From the IMG/VR virus record IMGVR_UViG_2563366863_000004: 18,817 nt of DNA. One strand, 5' to 3'. Below the pieces are notes generated by a model. It was not told where the DNA came from. It made no database searches and worked only from the letters and a program-made list of their open reading frames with translations. Made by a program: the position numbers and the translations under genes. This document shows, piece by piece, positions 1-8,776 of this stretch (position 1 is the first letter of the stretch; each line of letters starts with the position of its first letter). The stretch comes from a virus (taxonomy: Duplodnaviria > Heunggongvirae > Uroviricota > Caudoviricetes).

Positions 1-264
1 TCTTATATAGCAGAAGACGGTATCGAAAAACGTTATCTTCCAGATGGCATGCTGGTTCTGGGGAATACTGCTGCAGATGGGATCCGTTGTTACGGTGCCA
101 TTCAGGATGCTCAGGCGTTGTCCGAAGGTGTGGTGGCCTCTTCCCGTTATCCGAAACACTGGCTGACGGTAGGGGATCCCGCCCGTGAATTTACCATGAC
201 GCAGTCCGCGCCGCTGATGGTGTTGCCGGACCCGGATGAGTTTGTGGTGGTACAGGTGAAATAA
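1..264 (+). CDS. E: Major capsid protein (lambda E-like), 3' end only; 5' part lies outside the window
   Basis: Frame is open from base 1 to TAA at 262-264 (88 codons, in phase with the 49..264 ORF). It sits immediately upstream of FI/FII/Z/U/V in lambda order. The C-terminal peptide ...GDPAREFTMTQSAPLMVLPDPDEFVVVQVK matches my recollection of the gpE C-terminus. Confidence 0.6.
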   Translation, partial: SYIAEDGIEKRYLPDGMLVLGNTAADGIRCYGAIQDAQALSEGVVASSRYPKHWLTVGDPAREFTMTQSAPLMVLPDPDEFVVVQVK

Positions 265-271
265 TCCGTGA

Positions 272-301
272 GCGGGGGCGAAATGCCCCCGTGTCTTTTT
301 T
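272..301 (+). terminator. Hairpin plus T-tract downstream of E (intrinsic-terminator-like, possibly attenuating)
   Basis: cGGGGGC-gaaat-GCCCCCg stem-loop at 273-291, followed by gtcTTTTTT at 293-301; the FI Shine-Dalgarno AGGGGG and ATG follow directly. Confidence 0.4.
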
Positions 302-315
302 CACAGGGGGCTGAT

Positions 316-690
316 ATGGCAACGAAAGAGCAAAATCTGAAACGGCTTGATGAACTGGCCCTGATTCTGGGGCGTGAGCCGGATATATCCGGGAGTGCCG
401 CAGAGATAGCGCAGCGGGTGGCAGAATGGGAAGAGGAAATGCAGTCATCCGGCGATGATGTACAGGTTATGAATATGGATATCCGGGAGCGGGAAACCGC
501 GGCTCATGATGTTCGTGAGGAAACATCCGGCGCGTTAACGCGCATCAGAGTTCTGACCTGCCTCCATCTCTGTGGCGTTGATGGTGAAACGGGGGAATCC
601 GTTGAGCTTGCGGATGTTGGTCGGGTGATTCTGATTATGTCCTCAGATGCAAAAACACACGTTGATGGTGGAATGGCTGTTTATGCGTGA
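316..690 (+). CDS. FI: DNA-packaging / head assembly protein FI
   Basis: ATG at 316 is preceded by an AGGGGG SD. Product MATKEQNLKRLDELALILGREPD... resembles lambda gpFI, and the gene sits between E and FII. Confidence 0.8.
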   Translation: MATKEQNLKRLDELALILGREPDISGSAAEIAQRVAEWEEEMQSSGDDVQVMNMDIRERETAAHDVREETSGALTRIRVLTCLHLCGVDGETGESVELADVGRVILIMSSDAKTHVDGGMAVYA

Positions 691-1036
691 TTTTCAGAAT
701 GCCTTTGATGCCGCCCTTGCCGGGGTGGACAGTACGATTGTTGAAGTGATGGGGATCCGTGCGCAGTTCACCTCCGGTGCACAGCGTGGCGGCGAGGTTC
801 ATGGCGTTTTTGACGATCCGGAGTCGCTGGGTTTTGCCAGTAGTGGGATCCGTATTGAAGGAAGTAACCCGTCATTATTTGTGCTTACGGATACGGTTTG
901 TGCTGTACGGCGTGGTGACACGCTGACCATTAACGGCGAGATGTTCTGGGTGGACCGTGTTTCTCCGGATGACGGAGGGAGTTGTTATCTCTGGCTCAAC
1001 CGGGGGCAACCACCTGCCGCCAGCCGTCGTCGCTGA
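683..1036 (+). CDS. FII: Head-tail joining (head completion) protein FII
   Basis: Internal ATG at 683 (MRDFQNAFDAA...) has a GGTGGA SD 8 nt upstream and gives 117 aa, the same length as lambda gpFII. C-terminus ...FWVDRVSPDDGGSCYLWLNRGQPPAASRRR. It overlaps the FI stop. Confidence 0.85.
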   Translation: MRDFQNAFDAALAGVDSTIVEVMGIRAQFTSGAQRGGEVHGVFDDPESLGFASSGIRIEGSNPSLFVLTDTVCAVRRGDTLTINGEMFWVDRVSPDDGGSCYLWLNRGQPPAASRRR

Positions 1037-1047
1037 AAGGGGGATGT

Positions 1048-1626
1048 ATGGCCATACAGGGTCTTGAGCAGGCCGTTGAAAACCTCAGCCGTATCAGCAA
1101 AACGGCGGTGCCCGGTGCCTCCGCAATGGCCATTAACCGCGTTGCTTCATCCGCGATATCGCAGTCTGCGTCACAGGTTGCCCGTGAGACAAAGGTACGC
1201 CGGAAACTGGTAAAGGAAAGGGCCAGGCTGAAAAGGGCCACGGTCAAAAATCCGCAGGCCAGAATCAAGGTTAACCGGGGGGATTTGCCCGTAATCAGGC
1301 TGGGTAACGCGCGGGTTGTCCTGTCCCGACGCAGGCGTCGTAAAAAGGGGCAGCGTTCATCCCTGAAAGGTGGCGACAGCGTGCTTGTGGTGGGAAACCG
1401 TCGTATTCCCGGCGCGTTTATTCAGCAACTGAAAAATGGCCGGTGGCATGTCATGCAGCGTGTGGCCGGGAAAAAACGTTACCCCATTGATGTGGTGAAA
1501 ATCCCGATGGCAGTGCCGCTGACCACGGCGTTTAAACAGAATATTGAGCGGATACGGCGTGAACGTCTTCCGAAAGAGCTGGGCTATGCGCTGCAGCATC
1601 AACTGAGGATGGTAATAAAGCGATGA
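1048..1626 (+). CDS. Z: Tail completion protein Z
   Basis: ATG at 1048 (MAIQGLEQAVENLSRISK...) gives 192 aa, the lambda gpZ length, and the sequence is close to lambda Z as I recall it. Confidence 0.9.
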   Translation: MAIQGLEQAVENLSRISKTAVPGASAMAINRVASSAISQSASQVARETKVRRKLVKERARLKRATVKNPQARIKVNRGDLPVIRLGNARVVLSRRRRRKKGQRSSLKGGDSVLVVGNRRIPGAFIQQLKNGRWHVMQRVAGKKRYPIDVVKIPMAVPLTTAFKQNIERIRRERLPKELGYALQHQLRMVIKR

Positions 1627-2018
1627 AACATACAGAACTCCGTGCAGCCGTACTGGATGCACTGGAAAAACATGACACCGGGGCGACGCTTTTTGATGGT
1701 CGCCCCGCTGTTTTTGATGAGGAGGATTTTCCGGCAGTTGCCGTTTATCTCACCGGCGCTGAATACACGGGCGAAGAGCTGGACAGCGATACCTGGCAGG
1801 CGGAGCTGCATATTGAAGTTTTCCTGCCTGCTCAGGTGCCGGATTCAGAGCTGGATTCGTGGATGGAGTCCCGGATTTATCCGGTGATGAGCGATGTCCC
1901 GGCACTGTCAGATTTGATCACCAGTATGGTGGCCAGTGGCTATGACTACCGGCGCGACGATGATGCGGGCCTGTGGAGTTCAGCCGATCTGACTTATGTC
2001 ATTACCTATGAAATGTGA
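1623..2018 (+). CDS. U: Tail terminator protein U
   Basis: 131 aa, starting [18 protein letters not shown]...; ATGA start/stop overlap with Z; lambda order and length. Confidence 0.9.
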   Translation: MKHTELRAAVLDALEKHDTGATLFDGRPAVFDEEDFPAVAVYLTGAEYTGEELDSDTWQAELHIEVFLPAQVPDSELDSWMESRIYPVMSDVPALSDLITSMVASGYDYRRDDDAGLWSSADLTYVITYEM

Positions 2019-2025
2019 GGACGAT

Positions 2026-2766
2026 ATGCCTGTACCAAATCCAGTAATGCCGGTGAAAGGGGCCGGGACCACACTGTGGGTTTATAAGGGGAACGGTGAC
2101 CCTTATGCGAACCCGCTTTCAGACGTTGACTGGTCGCGTCTGGCTAAAGTTAAAGACCTGACGCCCGGCGAACTGACCGCTGAGTCCTATGACGACAGCT
2201 ATCTCGATGATGAAGATGCGGACTGGACTGCGACCAGGCAGGGGCAGAAATCTGCCGGAGATACCAGCTTCACGCTGGCGTGGATGCCCGGAGAGCAGGG
2301 GCAGCAGGCGCTGCTGGCGTGGTTTAATGAAGGGGATACCCGTGCCTATAAAATCCGCTTCCCGAACGGCACGGTCGATGTGTTCCGCGGCTGGGTCAGC
2401 AGTATCGGTAAGGCGGTGACGGCGAAGGAAGTGATCACCCGCACGGTGAAAGTCACCAACGTGGGACGTCCGTCGATGGCAGAAGATCGCAGCACGGTGA
2501 CGGCGACAACCGGCATGACGGTGACACCCGCCAGTGCTTCCGTAGTGAAAGGGCAGAGCACTACGCTGACCGTGGCATTCCAGCCGGAGGGCGCAACCGA
2601 CAAGAGCTTCCGTGCGGTGTCTGCGGATAAAACAAAAGCCACCGTGTCGGTCAGCGGTATGACCATCACCGTGAACGGCGTTGCTGCAGGCAAGGTCAAC
2701 ATTCCGGTTGTATCCGGTAATGGTGAGTTTGCTGCGGTTGCAGAAATCACCGTCACCGCCAGTTAA
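2026..2766 (+). CDS. V: Major tail tube protein V with C-terminal Ig-like domain
   Basis: ATG at 2026 ([22 protein letters not shown]...) gives 246 aa, the lambda gpV length. The C-terminal ~90 aa ([47 protein letters not shown]...) look like a Big_2-type Ig-like domain. Confidence 0.9.
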   Translation: MPVPNPVMPVKGAGTTLWVYKGNGDPYANPLSDVDWSRLAKVKDLTPGELTAESYDDSYLDDEDADWTATRQGQKSAGDTSFTLAWMPGEQGQQALLAWFNEGDTRAYKIRFPNGTVDVFRGWVSSIGKAVTAKEVITRTVKVTNVGRPSMAEDRSTVTATTGMTVTPASASVVKGQSTTLTVAFQPEGATDKSFRAVSADKTKATVSVSGMTITVNGVAAGKVNIPVVSGNGEFAAVAEITVTAS

Positions 2767-2781
2767 TCCGGAGAGTCAGCG

Positions 2782-3204
2782 ATGTTCCTGAAAACCGAAT
2801 CATTTGAATATAACGGCGTGACCGTCACGCTTTCTGAACTGTCAGCCCTGCAGCGTATTGAGCATCTCGCCCTGATGAAACGGCAGGCAGAACAGGCGGA
2901 GTCAGACAGCAACCGGAAGTTTACTGTGGAAGACGCCATCAGAACCGGCGCGTTTCTGGTGGCGATGTCCCTGTGGCATAACCATCCGAAGAAGACGCAG
3001 ATGCCGTCCATGAATGAAGCCGTTAAACAGATTGAGCAGGAAGTGCTTACCACCTGGCCCACAGAGGCAATTTCTCATGCTGAAAACGTGGTGTACCGGC
3101 TGTCCGGTATGTATGAGTTTGTGGTGAATAATGCCCCCGAACAGGCAGAGGACGCCGGGCCTGCAGAGCCTGTTTCTGCGGGAAAGTGTTCGACGGTGAG
3201 CTGA
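2782..3204 (+). CDS. G: Tail assembly chaperone G
   Basis: 140 aa (MFLKTESFEYNGVTVTLSELSALQRIEHLALM...), the lambda gpG length, directly upstream of the tape measure gene. Confidence 0.9.
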   Translation: MFLKTESFEYNGVTVTLSELSALQRIEHLALMKRQAEQAESDSNRKFTVEDAIRTGAFLVAMSLWHNHPKKTQMPSMNEAVKQIEQEVLTTWPTEAISHAENVVYRLSGMYEFVVNNAPEQAEDAGPAEPVSAGKCSTVS

Positions 3205-3620
3205 GTTTTGCCCTGAAACTGGCGCGTGAGATGGGGCGACCCGACTGGCGCGCCATGCTTGCCGGGATGTCATCCACGGAGTATGCCGACTGGCACCGCT
3301 TTTACAGTACCCATTATTTTCATGATGTTCTGCTGGATATGCACTTTTCCGGGCTGACGTACACCGTGCTCAGCCTGTTTTTCAGCGATCCGGATATGCA
3401 TCCGCTGGATTTCAGTCTGCTGAACCGGTGTGAGGCTGACGAAGAGCCTGAAGGTGATGTGCTGATGCAGAAAGCGGCAGGGCTTGCCGGAGGTGTTCGT
3501 TTTGGTCCGGACGGGAATGAAGTTATCCCCGCCTCCCCGGATGTGGCGGACATGACGGAGGATGACGTAATGCTGATGACAGTATCAGAAGGGATCGCAG
3601 GAGGAGTCCGGTATGGCTGA
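2782..3620 (+). CDS. G-T: Tail assembly chaperone G-T fusion made by a programmed -1 ribosomal frameshift at 3180-3186
   Basis: The slippery heptamer G_GGA_AAG is in phase with the G frame (3181 is a G codon start). The -1 frame reads GGG AAA GTG TTC... = GKVFDGELSFALKLAREMGRPDW... and stays open to TGA at 3618-3620 (144-aa T portion, as in lambda). Confidence 0.85.
3180..3186 (+). other. -1 programmed frameshift slippery heptamer GGGAAAG (G to G-T)
   Basis: Sequence gcG GGA AAG tg at 3180-3186, 6 codons before the G stop; identical in motif and position to the lambda G/GT recoding site. Confidence 0.85.
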
Positions 3621-6174
3621 ACCGGTAGGCGATCTGGTCGTTGATTTAAGTCTGGATGCGGCCAGATTTGACGAGCAGATGGCCAGAGTCAGGCGTCATT
3701 TTTCCGGTACGGAAAGTGATGCGAAAAAAACAGCGGCAGTCGTTGAACAGTCAATGAACCGACAGGCGCTGGCTGCACAGAAAGCGGGGATTTCCGTCGG
3801 GCAGTATAAAGCCGCCATGCGTATGCTGCCTGCACAGTTCACCGACGTGGCCACGCAGCTTGCAGGCGGGCAAAGCCCGTGGCTGATCCTGCTGCAACAG
3901 GGCGGTCAGGTGAAGGACTCCTTCGGCGGGATGATCCCCATGTTCAGGGGGCTTGCCGGTGCGATCACCCTGCCGATGGTCGGGGCCACCTCGCTGGCGG
4001 TGGCGACCGGTGCGCTGGCGTATGCCTGGTATCAGGGTAACTCAACCCTGTCCGATTTCAACAAAACGCTGGTCCTTTCCGGTCATCAGTCGGGTCTGAC
4101 GGCAGATCGTATGCTGGTCCTGTCCAGAGCCGGGCAGGCGGCAGGGCTGACGTTTAACCAGACCAGCGAGTCACTCAGTGCACTGGTTAAGGCGGGGGTA
4201 AGCGGTGAGGCTCAGATTGTGTCCATCAGCCAGAGTGTGGCGCGTTTCTCCTCTGCATCCGGCGTGGAGGTGGACAAGGTCGCTGAAGCCTTCGGGAAGC
4301 TGACCACAGACCCGACGTCGGGGCTGACGGCGATGGCACGTCAGTTCCATAACGTGACGGCGGAGCAGATTGCGTATGTTGCTCAGTTGCAGCGTTCCGG
4401 CGATGAAACCGGGGCATTGCAGGCGGCGAACGAGGCCGCAACGAAAGGGTTTGATGACCAGACCCGCCGCCTGAAAGAGAACATGGGCACGCTGGAGACC
4501 TGGGCAGACAGGACAGCGCGGGCATTCAAATCCATGTGGGATGCGGTGCTGGATATTGGTCGTCCTGATACCGCGCAGGAGATGCTGATTAAGGCAGAGG
4601 CTGCGTTTAAGAAAGCAGACGACATCTGGAATCTGCGCAAGGATGATTATTTTGTTAACGATGAAGCGCGGGCGCGTTACTGGGATGATCGTGAAAAGGC
4701 CCGTCTTGCGCTTGAAGCCGCCCGAAAGAAGGCTGAGCAGCAGACTCAACAGGACAAAAATGCGCAGCAGCAGAGCGATACCGAAGCGTCACGGCTGAAA
4801 TATACCGAAGAGGCGCAGAAGGCTTACGAACGGCTGCAGACGCCGCTGGAGAAATATACCGCCCGTCAGGAAGAACTGAACAAGGCACTGAAAGACGGGA
4901 AAATCCTGCAGGCGGATTACAACACGCTGATGGCGGCGGCGAAAAAGGATTATGAAGCGACGCTGAAAAAGCCGAAACAGTCCGGCGTGAAGGTGTCTGC
5001 GGGCGATCGTCAGGAAGACAGTGCTCATGCTGCCCTGCTGACGCTTCAGGCAGAACTCCGGACGCTGGAGAAGCATGCCGGAGCGAATGAGAAAATCAGC
5101 CAGCAGCGCCGGGATTTGTGGAAGGCGGAGAGTCAGTTCGCGGTACTGGAGGAGGCGGCGCAACGTCGCCAGCTGTCTGCACAGGAGAAATCCCTGCTGG
5201 CGCATAAAGATGAGACGCTGGAGTACAAACGCCAGCTGGCTGCACTTGGCGACAAGGTTACGTATCAGGAGCGCCTGAACGCGCTGGCGCAGCAGGCGGA
5301 TAAATTCGCACAGCAGCAACGGGCAAAACGGGCCGCCATTGATGCGAAAAGCCGGGGGCTGACTGACCGGCAGGCAGAACGGGAAGCCACGGAACAGCGC
5401 CTGAAGGAACAGTATGGCGATAATCCACTGGCGCTGAATAACGTCATGTCAGAGCAGAAAAAGACCTGGGCGGCTGAAGACCTGCTTCGCGGGAACTGGA
5501 TGGCAGGCCTCAGGTCCGGCTGGAGTGAGTGGGAAGAGAGTGCCACGGACAGTATGTCGCAGGTAAAAAGTGCTGCCACGCAGACCTTTGATGGTATTGC
5601 ACAGAATATGGCGGCGATGCTGACCGGCAGTGAGCAGAACTGGCGCAGCTTCACCCGCTCCGTGCTGTCCATGATGACAGAAATTCTGCTTAAGCAGGCA
5701 ATGGTGGGGATTGTCGGGAGTATCGGCAGCGCTATTGGCGGGGCTGTTGGTGGTGGCGCATCCGCGTCAGGCGGTACAGCCATTCAGGCAGCTGCGGCGA
5801 AATTCCATTTTGCGACCGGAGGATTTACGGGAACCGGCGGCAAATATGAGCCAGCGGGGATTGTCCACCGCGGGGAGTTTGTCTTCACGAAGGAGGCAAC
5901 CAGCCGGATTGGTGTCGGGAACCTGTACCGCCTGATGCGGGGCTATGCGGAAGGGGGGTATGTGGGTGCTGCCGGAAGTCCGGCGCAGATGCGGCGGGCC
6001 GAAGGCATTAATTTTAATCAGAACAATCACGTGGTGATTCAGAACGACGGTATCAACGGACAGGCCGGGCCGCAGCTGATGAAAGCGGTGTATGAGATGG
6101 CCCGTAAAGGTGCGCAGGATGAGCTCCGGCTGCAGTTGCGTGATGGCGGTCTGTTATCGGGGAGCGGGCGATGA
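3613..6174 (+). CDS. H: Tail tape measure protein H
   Basis: 853 aa, the same length as lambda gpH. N-terminus MAEPVGDLVVDLSLDAARFDEQMARVRRHF, a long coiled-coil Ala/Gln/Lys-rich centre and a Gly-rich C-terminal region; overlaps the T stop. Confidence 0.95.
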   Translation: MAEPVGDLVVDLSLDAARFDEQMARVRRHFSGTESDAKKTAAVVEQSMNRQALAAQKAGISVGQYKAAMRMLPAQFTDVATQLAGGQSPWLILLQQGGQVKDSFGGMIPMFRGLAGAITLPMVGATSLAVATGALAYAWYQGNSTLSDFNKTLVLSGHQSGLTADRMLVLSRAGQAAGLTFNQTSESLSALVKAGVSGEAQIVSISQSVARFSSASGVEVDKVAEAFGKLTTDPTSGLTAMARQFHNVTAEQIAYVAQLQRSGDETGALQAANEAATKGFDDQTRRLKENMGTLETWADRTARAFKSMWDAVLDIGRPDTAQEMLIKAEAAFKKADDIWNLRKDDYFVNDEARARYWDDREKARLALEAARKKAEQQTQQDKNAQQQSDTEASRLKYTEEAQKAYERLQTPLEKYTARQEELNKALKDGKILQADYNTLMAAAKKDYEATLKKPKQSGVKVSAGDRQEDSAHAALLTLQAELRTLEKHAGANEKISQQRRDLWKAESQFAVLEEAAQRRQLSAQEKSLLAHKDETLEYKRQLAALGDKVTYQERLNALAQQADKFAQQQRAKRAAIDAKSRGLTDRQAEREATEQRLKEQYGDNPLALNNVMSEQKKTWAAEDLLRGNWMAGLRSGWSEWEESATDSMSQVKSAATQTFDGIAQNMAAMLTGSEQNWRSFTRSVLSMMTEILLKQAMVGIVGSIGSAIGGAVGGGASASGGTAIQAAAAKFHFATGGFTGTGGKYEPAGIVHRGEFVFTKEATSRIGVGNLYRLMRGYAEGGYVGAAGSPAQMRRAEGINFNQNNHVVIQNDGINGQAGPQLMKAVYEMARKGAQDELRLQLRDGGLLSGSGR

Positions 6175-6500
6175 AAACATTTCGCTGGAAAGTGAAGCCG
6201 GATATGGAGGTGAACTCGCAGCCATCGGTGCGTGAAGTGCGTTTTGGTGACGGGTACTCACAGCGTATGGCGGCAGGGCTGAATGCTGACCTGAAAACAT
6301 ACAGGGTGACGCTTTCCGTGACCCGGGAGGAGGCCCGGCATCTGGAAGCGTTCCTGGCAGAGCACGGTGGCTGGAAGGCATTTTTGTGGAAGCCACCCTA
6401 TGCATACCGGCAGATAAAGGTGACCTGTGCCGGGTGGTCTGCGCGGGTCGGGATGTTGCGCGTTGAGTTCAGCGCGGAGTTTAAGCAGGTGGTGAACTGA
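6171..6500 (+). CDS. M: Minor tail (tail tip) protein M
   Basis: 109 aa (MKTFRWKVKPDMEVNSQPSVREVRFGDGYSQR...), the lambda gpM length; ATGA overlap with the H stop. Confidence 0.9.
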   Translation: MKTFRWKVKPDMEVNSQPSVREVRFGDGYSQRMAAGLNADLKTYRVTLSVTREEARHLEAFLAEHGGWKAFLWKPPYAYRQIKVTCAGWSARVGMLRVEFSAEFKQVVN

Positions 6501-7198
6501 TGCAGGATATTCACGAAGAAAGTCTGAACGAGTCGGTTAAGTCAGAGCAGTCACCGCGGGTGGTACTCTGGGAAATCGACCTGACGGTGCAGGGCGGTGA
6601 GCGGTATTTTTTCTGCAATGAGCTGAATGAAAAAGGGGAGCCGGTGACCTGGCAGGGGCGTGAATATCAGGCGTACCCGATTGAGGGGAGTGGCTTTGAG
6701 ATGAGCGGGAAGGGCAGCAGTGCCAGACCGTCGCTGACGGTGTCCAATCTGTTCGGTCTGGTCACCGGGATGGCGGAAGACCTGCAGAGTCTGGTGGGGG
6801 CCACGGTGGTCCGCCGCCGGGTGTATGCCCGTTTTCTGGATGCGGTGAATTTCGTTGCGGGCAATCCGGAGGCCGACCCGGAGCAGGAGCTGACGGACCG
6901 GTGGGTGGTGGAGCAGATGTCAGCGCTGACAGCCATGACGGCCTCGTTTGTGCTGGCCACACCGACCGAGACGGACGGGGCGCTGTTTCCCGGTCGTATC
7001 ATGCTGGCGAACACCTGTATGTGGACCTACCGCTCTGATGAGTGTGGTTACACGGGCGGGGCTGTGGCGGATGAGTTCGATAAACCCACCACGGATATCC
7101 GTAAGGACAGATGCAGCAAGTGCATGCGCGGGTGTGAACTGCGCAGGAATGTCGGCAATTTTGGCGGTTTCCTTTCCATTAATAAACTTTCGCAGTAA
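6500..7198 (+). CDS. L: Minor tail (tail tip) protein L, with C-terminal Cys cluster
   Basis: 232 aa (MQDIHEESLNESVKSEQSPRVVLWEIDLT...), the lambda gpL length. C-terminal cysteines (CMWTYRSDECGYTGG...RCSKCMRGC) are consistent with the Fe-S-binding tip protein; TGATG overlap with M. Confidence 0.9.
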   Translation: MQDIHEESLNESVKSEQSPRVVLWEIDLTVQGGERYFFCNELNEKGEPVTWQGREYQAYPIEGSGFEMSGKGSSARPSLTVSNLFGLVTGMAEDLQSLVGATVVRRRVYARFLDAVNFVAGNPEADPEQELTDRWVVEQMSALTAMTASFVLATPTETDGALFPGRIMLANTCMWTYRSDECGYTGGAVADEFDKPTTDIRKDRCSKCMRGCELRRNVGNFGGFLSINKLSQ

Positions 7199-7208
7199 AT
7201 CCCGGTTT

Positions 7209-7952
7209 ATGACACAGACTGAATCAGCGATTCTGGCACATGCCCGGCGGTGTGCGCCTGCGGAGTCGTGCGGCTTCGTGATAAGCACGCCGGAGGGGGA
7301 GTGGTATATCCCTTGTGTGAATATTTCCGCGGAGCCGGAGGCGTATTTTCGTATCGCACCGGAAGACTGGCTGCGGGCAGAGATGCAGGGGGAGATTGTG
7401 GCACTGGTCCACAGTCATCCCGGTGGGCTGCCCTGGCTGAGCGAGGCTGACCGGCGGCTGCAGATAAAAAGCGCACTGCCCTGGTGGCTGGTCTGCCGGG
7501 GTGACATTCACAAATTCCGCTGTGTGCCACATCTGACGGGACGGCGCTTTGAGCACGGGGTGACGGACTGTTACACGCTGTTCCGGGATGCTTATCATCT
7601 GGCGGGGACTGAAATGCCGGATTTTCATCGCGAGGATGACTGGTGGCGCAACGGCCAGAACCTTTACCTGGACAATATGGCGGTCACCGGCTTTTACCGG
7701 GTGCCCCTGTCCTCTGCACAGGCGGGCGATATTCTGCTGTGCTGCTTTGGTGCTTCGGTACCGAACCATGCCGCCATTTACTGCGGTAACGGTGAGCTGC
7801 TTCACCATCTGCCTGAACAACTGAGTAAACGGGAGAGGTATTCCGAAAAATGGCAACGACGAACGCATTCTGTCTGGCGTCACCGCCACTGGCACGCATC
7901 TGCCTTCACGGGGATTTACAACGATTTGGCCGCCGCCTCAGCCTGTATGTGA
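7209..7952 (+). CDS. K: Tail tip assembly protein K (JAB/MPN + NlpC/P60 two-domain protein)
   Basis: Frame is open from ATG 7209 (MTQTESAILAHARRCAPAESCGF...). It carries a JAMM-type H-S-H-x7-S-x2-D motif (VALVHSHPGGLPWLSEAD) and an NlpC/P60-like Cys/His (GVTDCYTLF ... NHAAIY). No good SD precedes 7209. An in-frame ATG at 7383 would drop the N-terminal part of the JAB domain, so the long form is preferred. Confidence 0.75.
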   Translation: MTQTESAILAHARRCAPAESCGFVISTPEGEWYIPCVNISAEPEAYFRIAPEDWLRAEMQGEIVALVHSHPGGLPWLSEADRRLQIKSALPWWLVCRGDIHKFRCVPHLTGRRFEHGVTDCYTLFRDAYHLAGTEMPDFHREDDWWRNGQNLYLDNMAVTGFYRVPLSSAQAGDILLCCFGASVPNHAAIYCGNGELLHHLPEQLSKRERYSEKWQRRTHSVWRHRHWHASAFTGIYNDLAAASACM

Positions 7953-8530
7953 ACACGGCAGCGGAAGCCATTCGCGCCCTGTCGATGCAGATGCCGGGCT
8001 TTCGCCGTCAGATGAACGAAGGCTGGTACCAGATACGTATTGCCGGTGATGACACGGCACCGGAGGCGGTGTACGCCCGTCTTCACGAACAGCTGGGTGA
8101 GGGAACGGTCATCCACATTGTGCCGCGACTGGCCGGAGCCGGAAAGGGTGGACTGCAGATTGTGCTGGGGGCGGCAGCCATCGTGGGCTCTTTCTTCACT
8201 GCCGGGGCATCAATGGCGTTATGGGGTTCAGCCCTGGCAGCCGGTGGTTTTTCTGCCACCACGATGCTGTTTTCACTTGGAGCCAGCATGATTCTGGGCG
8301 GTGTGGCCCAGATGCTGGCCCCGAAGGCAAAAACACCGGATTACCGCGCAACGGATAACGGCAGACAGAACACGTACTTTTCCTCACTGGATAACATGAT
8401 TGCCCAGGGGAACCCGATGCCGGTGCCTTACGGGGAAATGCTGGTTGGCTCCCGCCGTATATCCCAGGACATCAGCACCCGTGATGAAGGCGGGGGCGGA
8501 AAGGTCGTGGTTATCGGGCGGCAGGGGTAA
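7850..8530 (+). CDS. I: Tail tip assembly protein I
   Basis: 226 aa ORF (MATTNAFCLASPPLARICLHGDLQRFGRR...) overlapping the 3' end of K by about 100 nt in another frame, as K/I do in lambda. Hydrophobic Gly/Ala-rich C-terminal half. Exact start uncertain. Confidence 0.75.
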   Translation: MATTNAFCLASPPLARICLHGDLQRFGRRLSLYVNTAAEAIRALSMQMPGFRRQMNEGWYQIRIAGDDTAPEAVYARLHEQLGEGTVIHIVPRLAGAGKGGLQIVLGAAAIVGSFFTAGASMALWGSALAAGGFSATTMLFSLGASMILGGVAQMLAPKAKTPDYRATDNGRQNTYFSSLDNMIAQGNPMPVPYGEMLVGSRRISQDISTRDEGGGGKVVVIGRQG

Positions 8531-8544
8531 AAAGAATAAAAAAA

Positions 8545-8576
8545 TCCCGCAGTGATCGCGGACAGGAACTGCGGGA
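8545..8576 (-). terminator. Hairpin with a T-tract on the minus strand (candidate intrinsic terminator for a leftward transcript)
   Basis: 8-bp stem tCCCGCAG (8545-8552) / CTGCGGGa (8569-8576) with a 16-nt loop. On the minus strand it is followed by ATTTTTTTATTCTTTTT (complement of 8531-8544). The loop is large, so confidence is low. Confidence 0.3.
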
Positions 8577-8740
8577 GAGTTACGAAGATTAAGTGTAAGG
8601 AATTATTCTTATATCACGACAAAAAAATTAACGCAGAGAAATTATACGCGCCACAGTCAGTGTGTGAAAATGTGAAGATATTCAGAATTTTTATGCCATT
8701 ACCGGTTTTAACCAACAGGATTATCGGTGGGCATGAAAGA

Positions 8741-8776
8741 AAACCCCGGTATCTGCTGATACCGGGGTTTCTCTTT
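8741..8776. terminator. Perfect 12-bp hairpin flanked by U-rich tracts on both strands (possible bidirectional terminator)
   Basis: AAACCCCGGTAT (8741-8752), loop ctgctg, ATACCGGGGTTT (8759-8770). + strand tail is ctcttt; minus-strand tail is ttttctttc. Confidence 0.35.

Noticed and set aside
647-682. Longer FII start at 647 (MQKHTLMVEWLF...)
   Set aside because: The ATG at 683 has a GGTGGA SD and gives exactly the 117-aa lambda FII length; the 647 start would overlap FI by 44 nt without an RBS.
1996-2025. Longer V start at 1996 ([10 protein letters not shown]...)
   Set aside because: It lies inside the 3' end of U. The ATG at 2026 gives the 246-aa lambda V length with the expected MPVPNP N-terminus.
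4171-5783. Several minus-strand ORFs (192, 176 and 172 aa) inside the tape measure gene H
   Set aside because: H is 853 aa, the lambda length, and near-identical to lambda H by recollection. The antisense ORFs are Arg/Leu/Cys-rich artefacts of the coiled-coil codon repeats.
7224-7895. 223-aa minus-strand ORF antisense to K
   Set aside because: Overlaps the JAB/NlpC-motif-bearing K gene on the opposite strand; no independent support.
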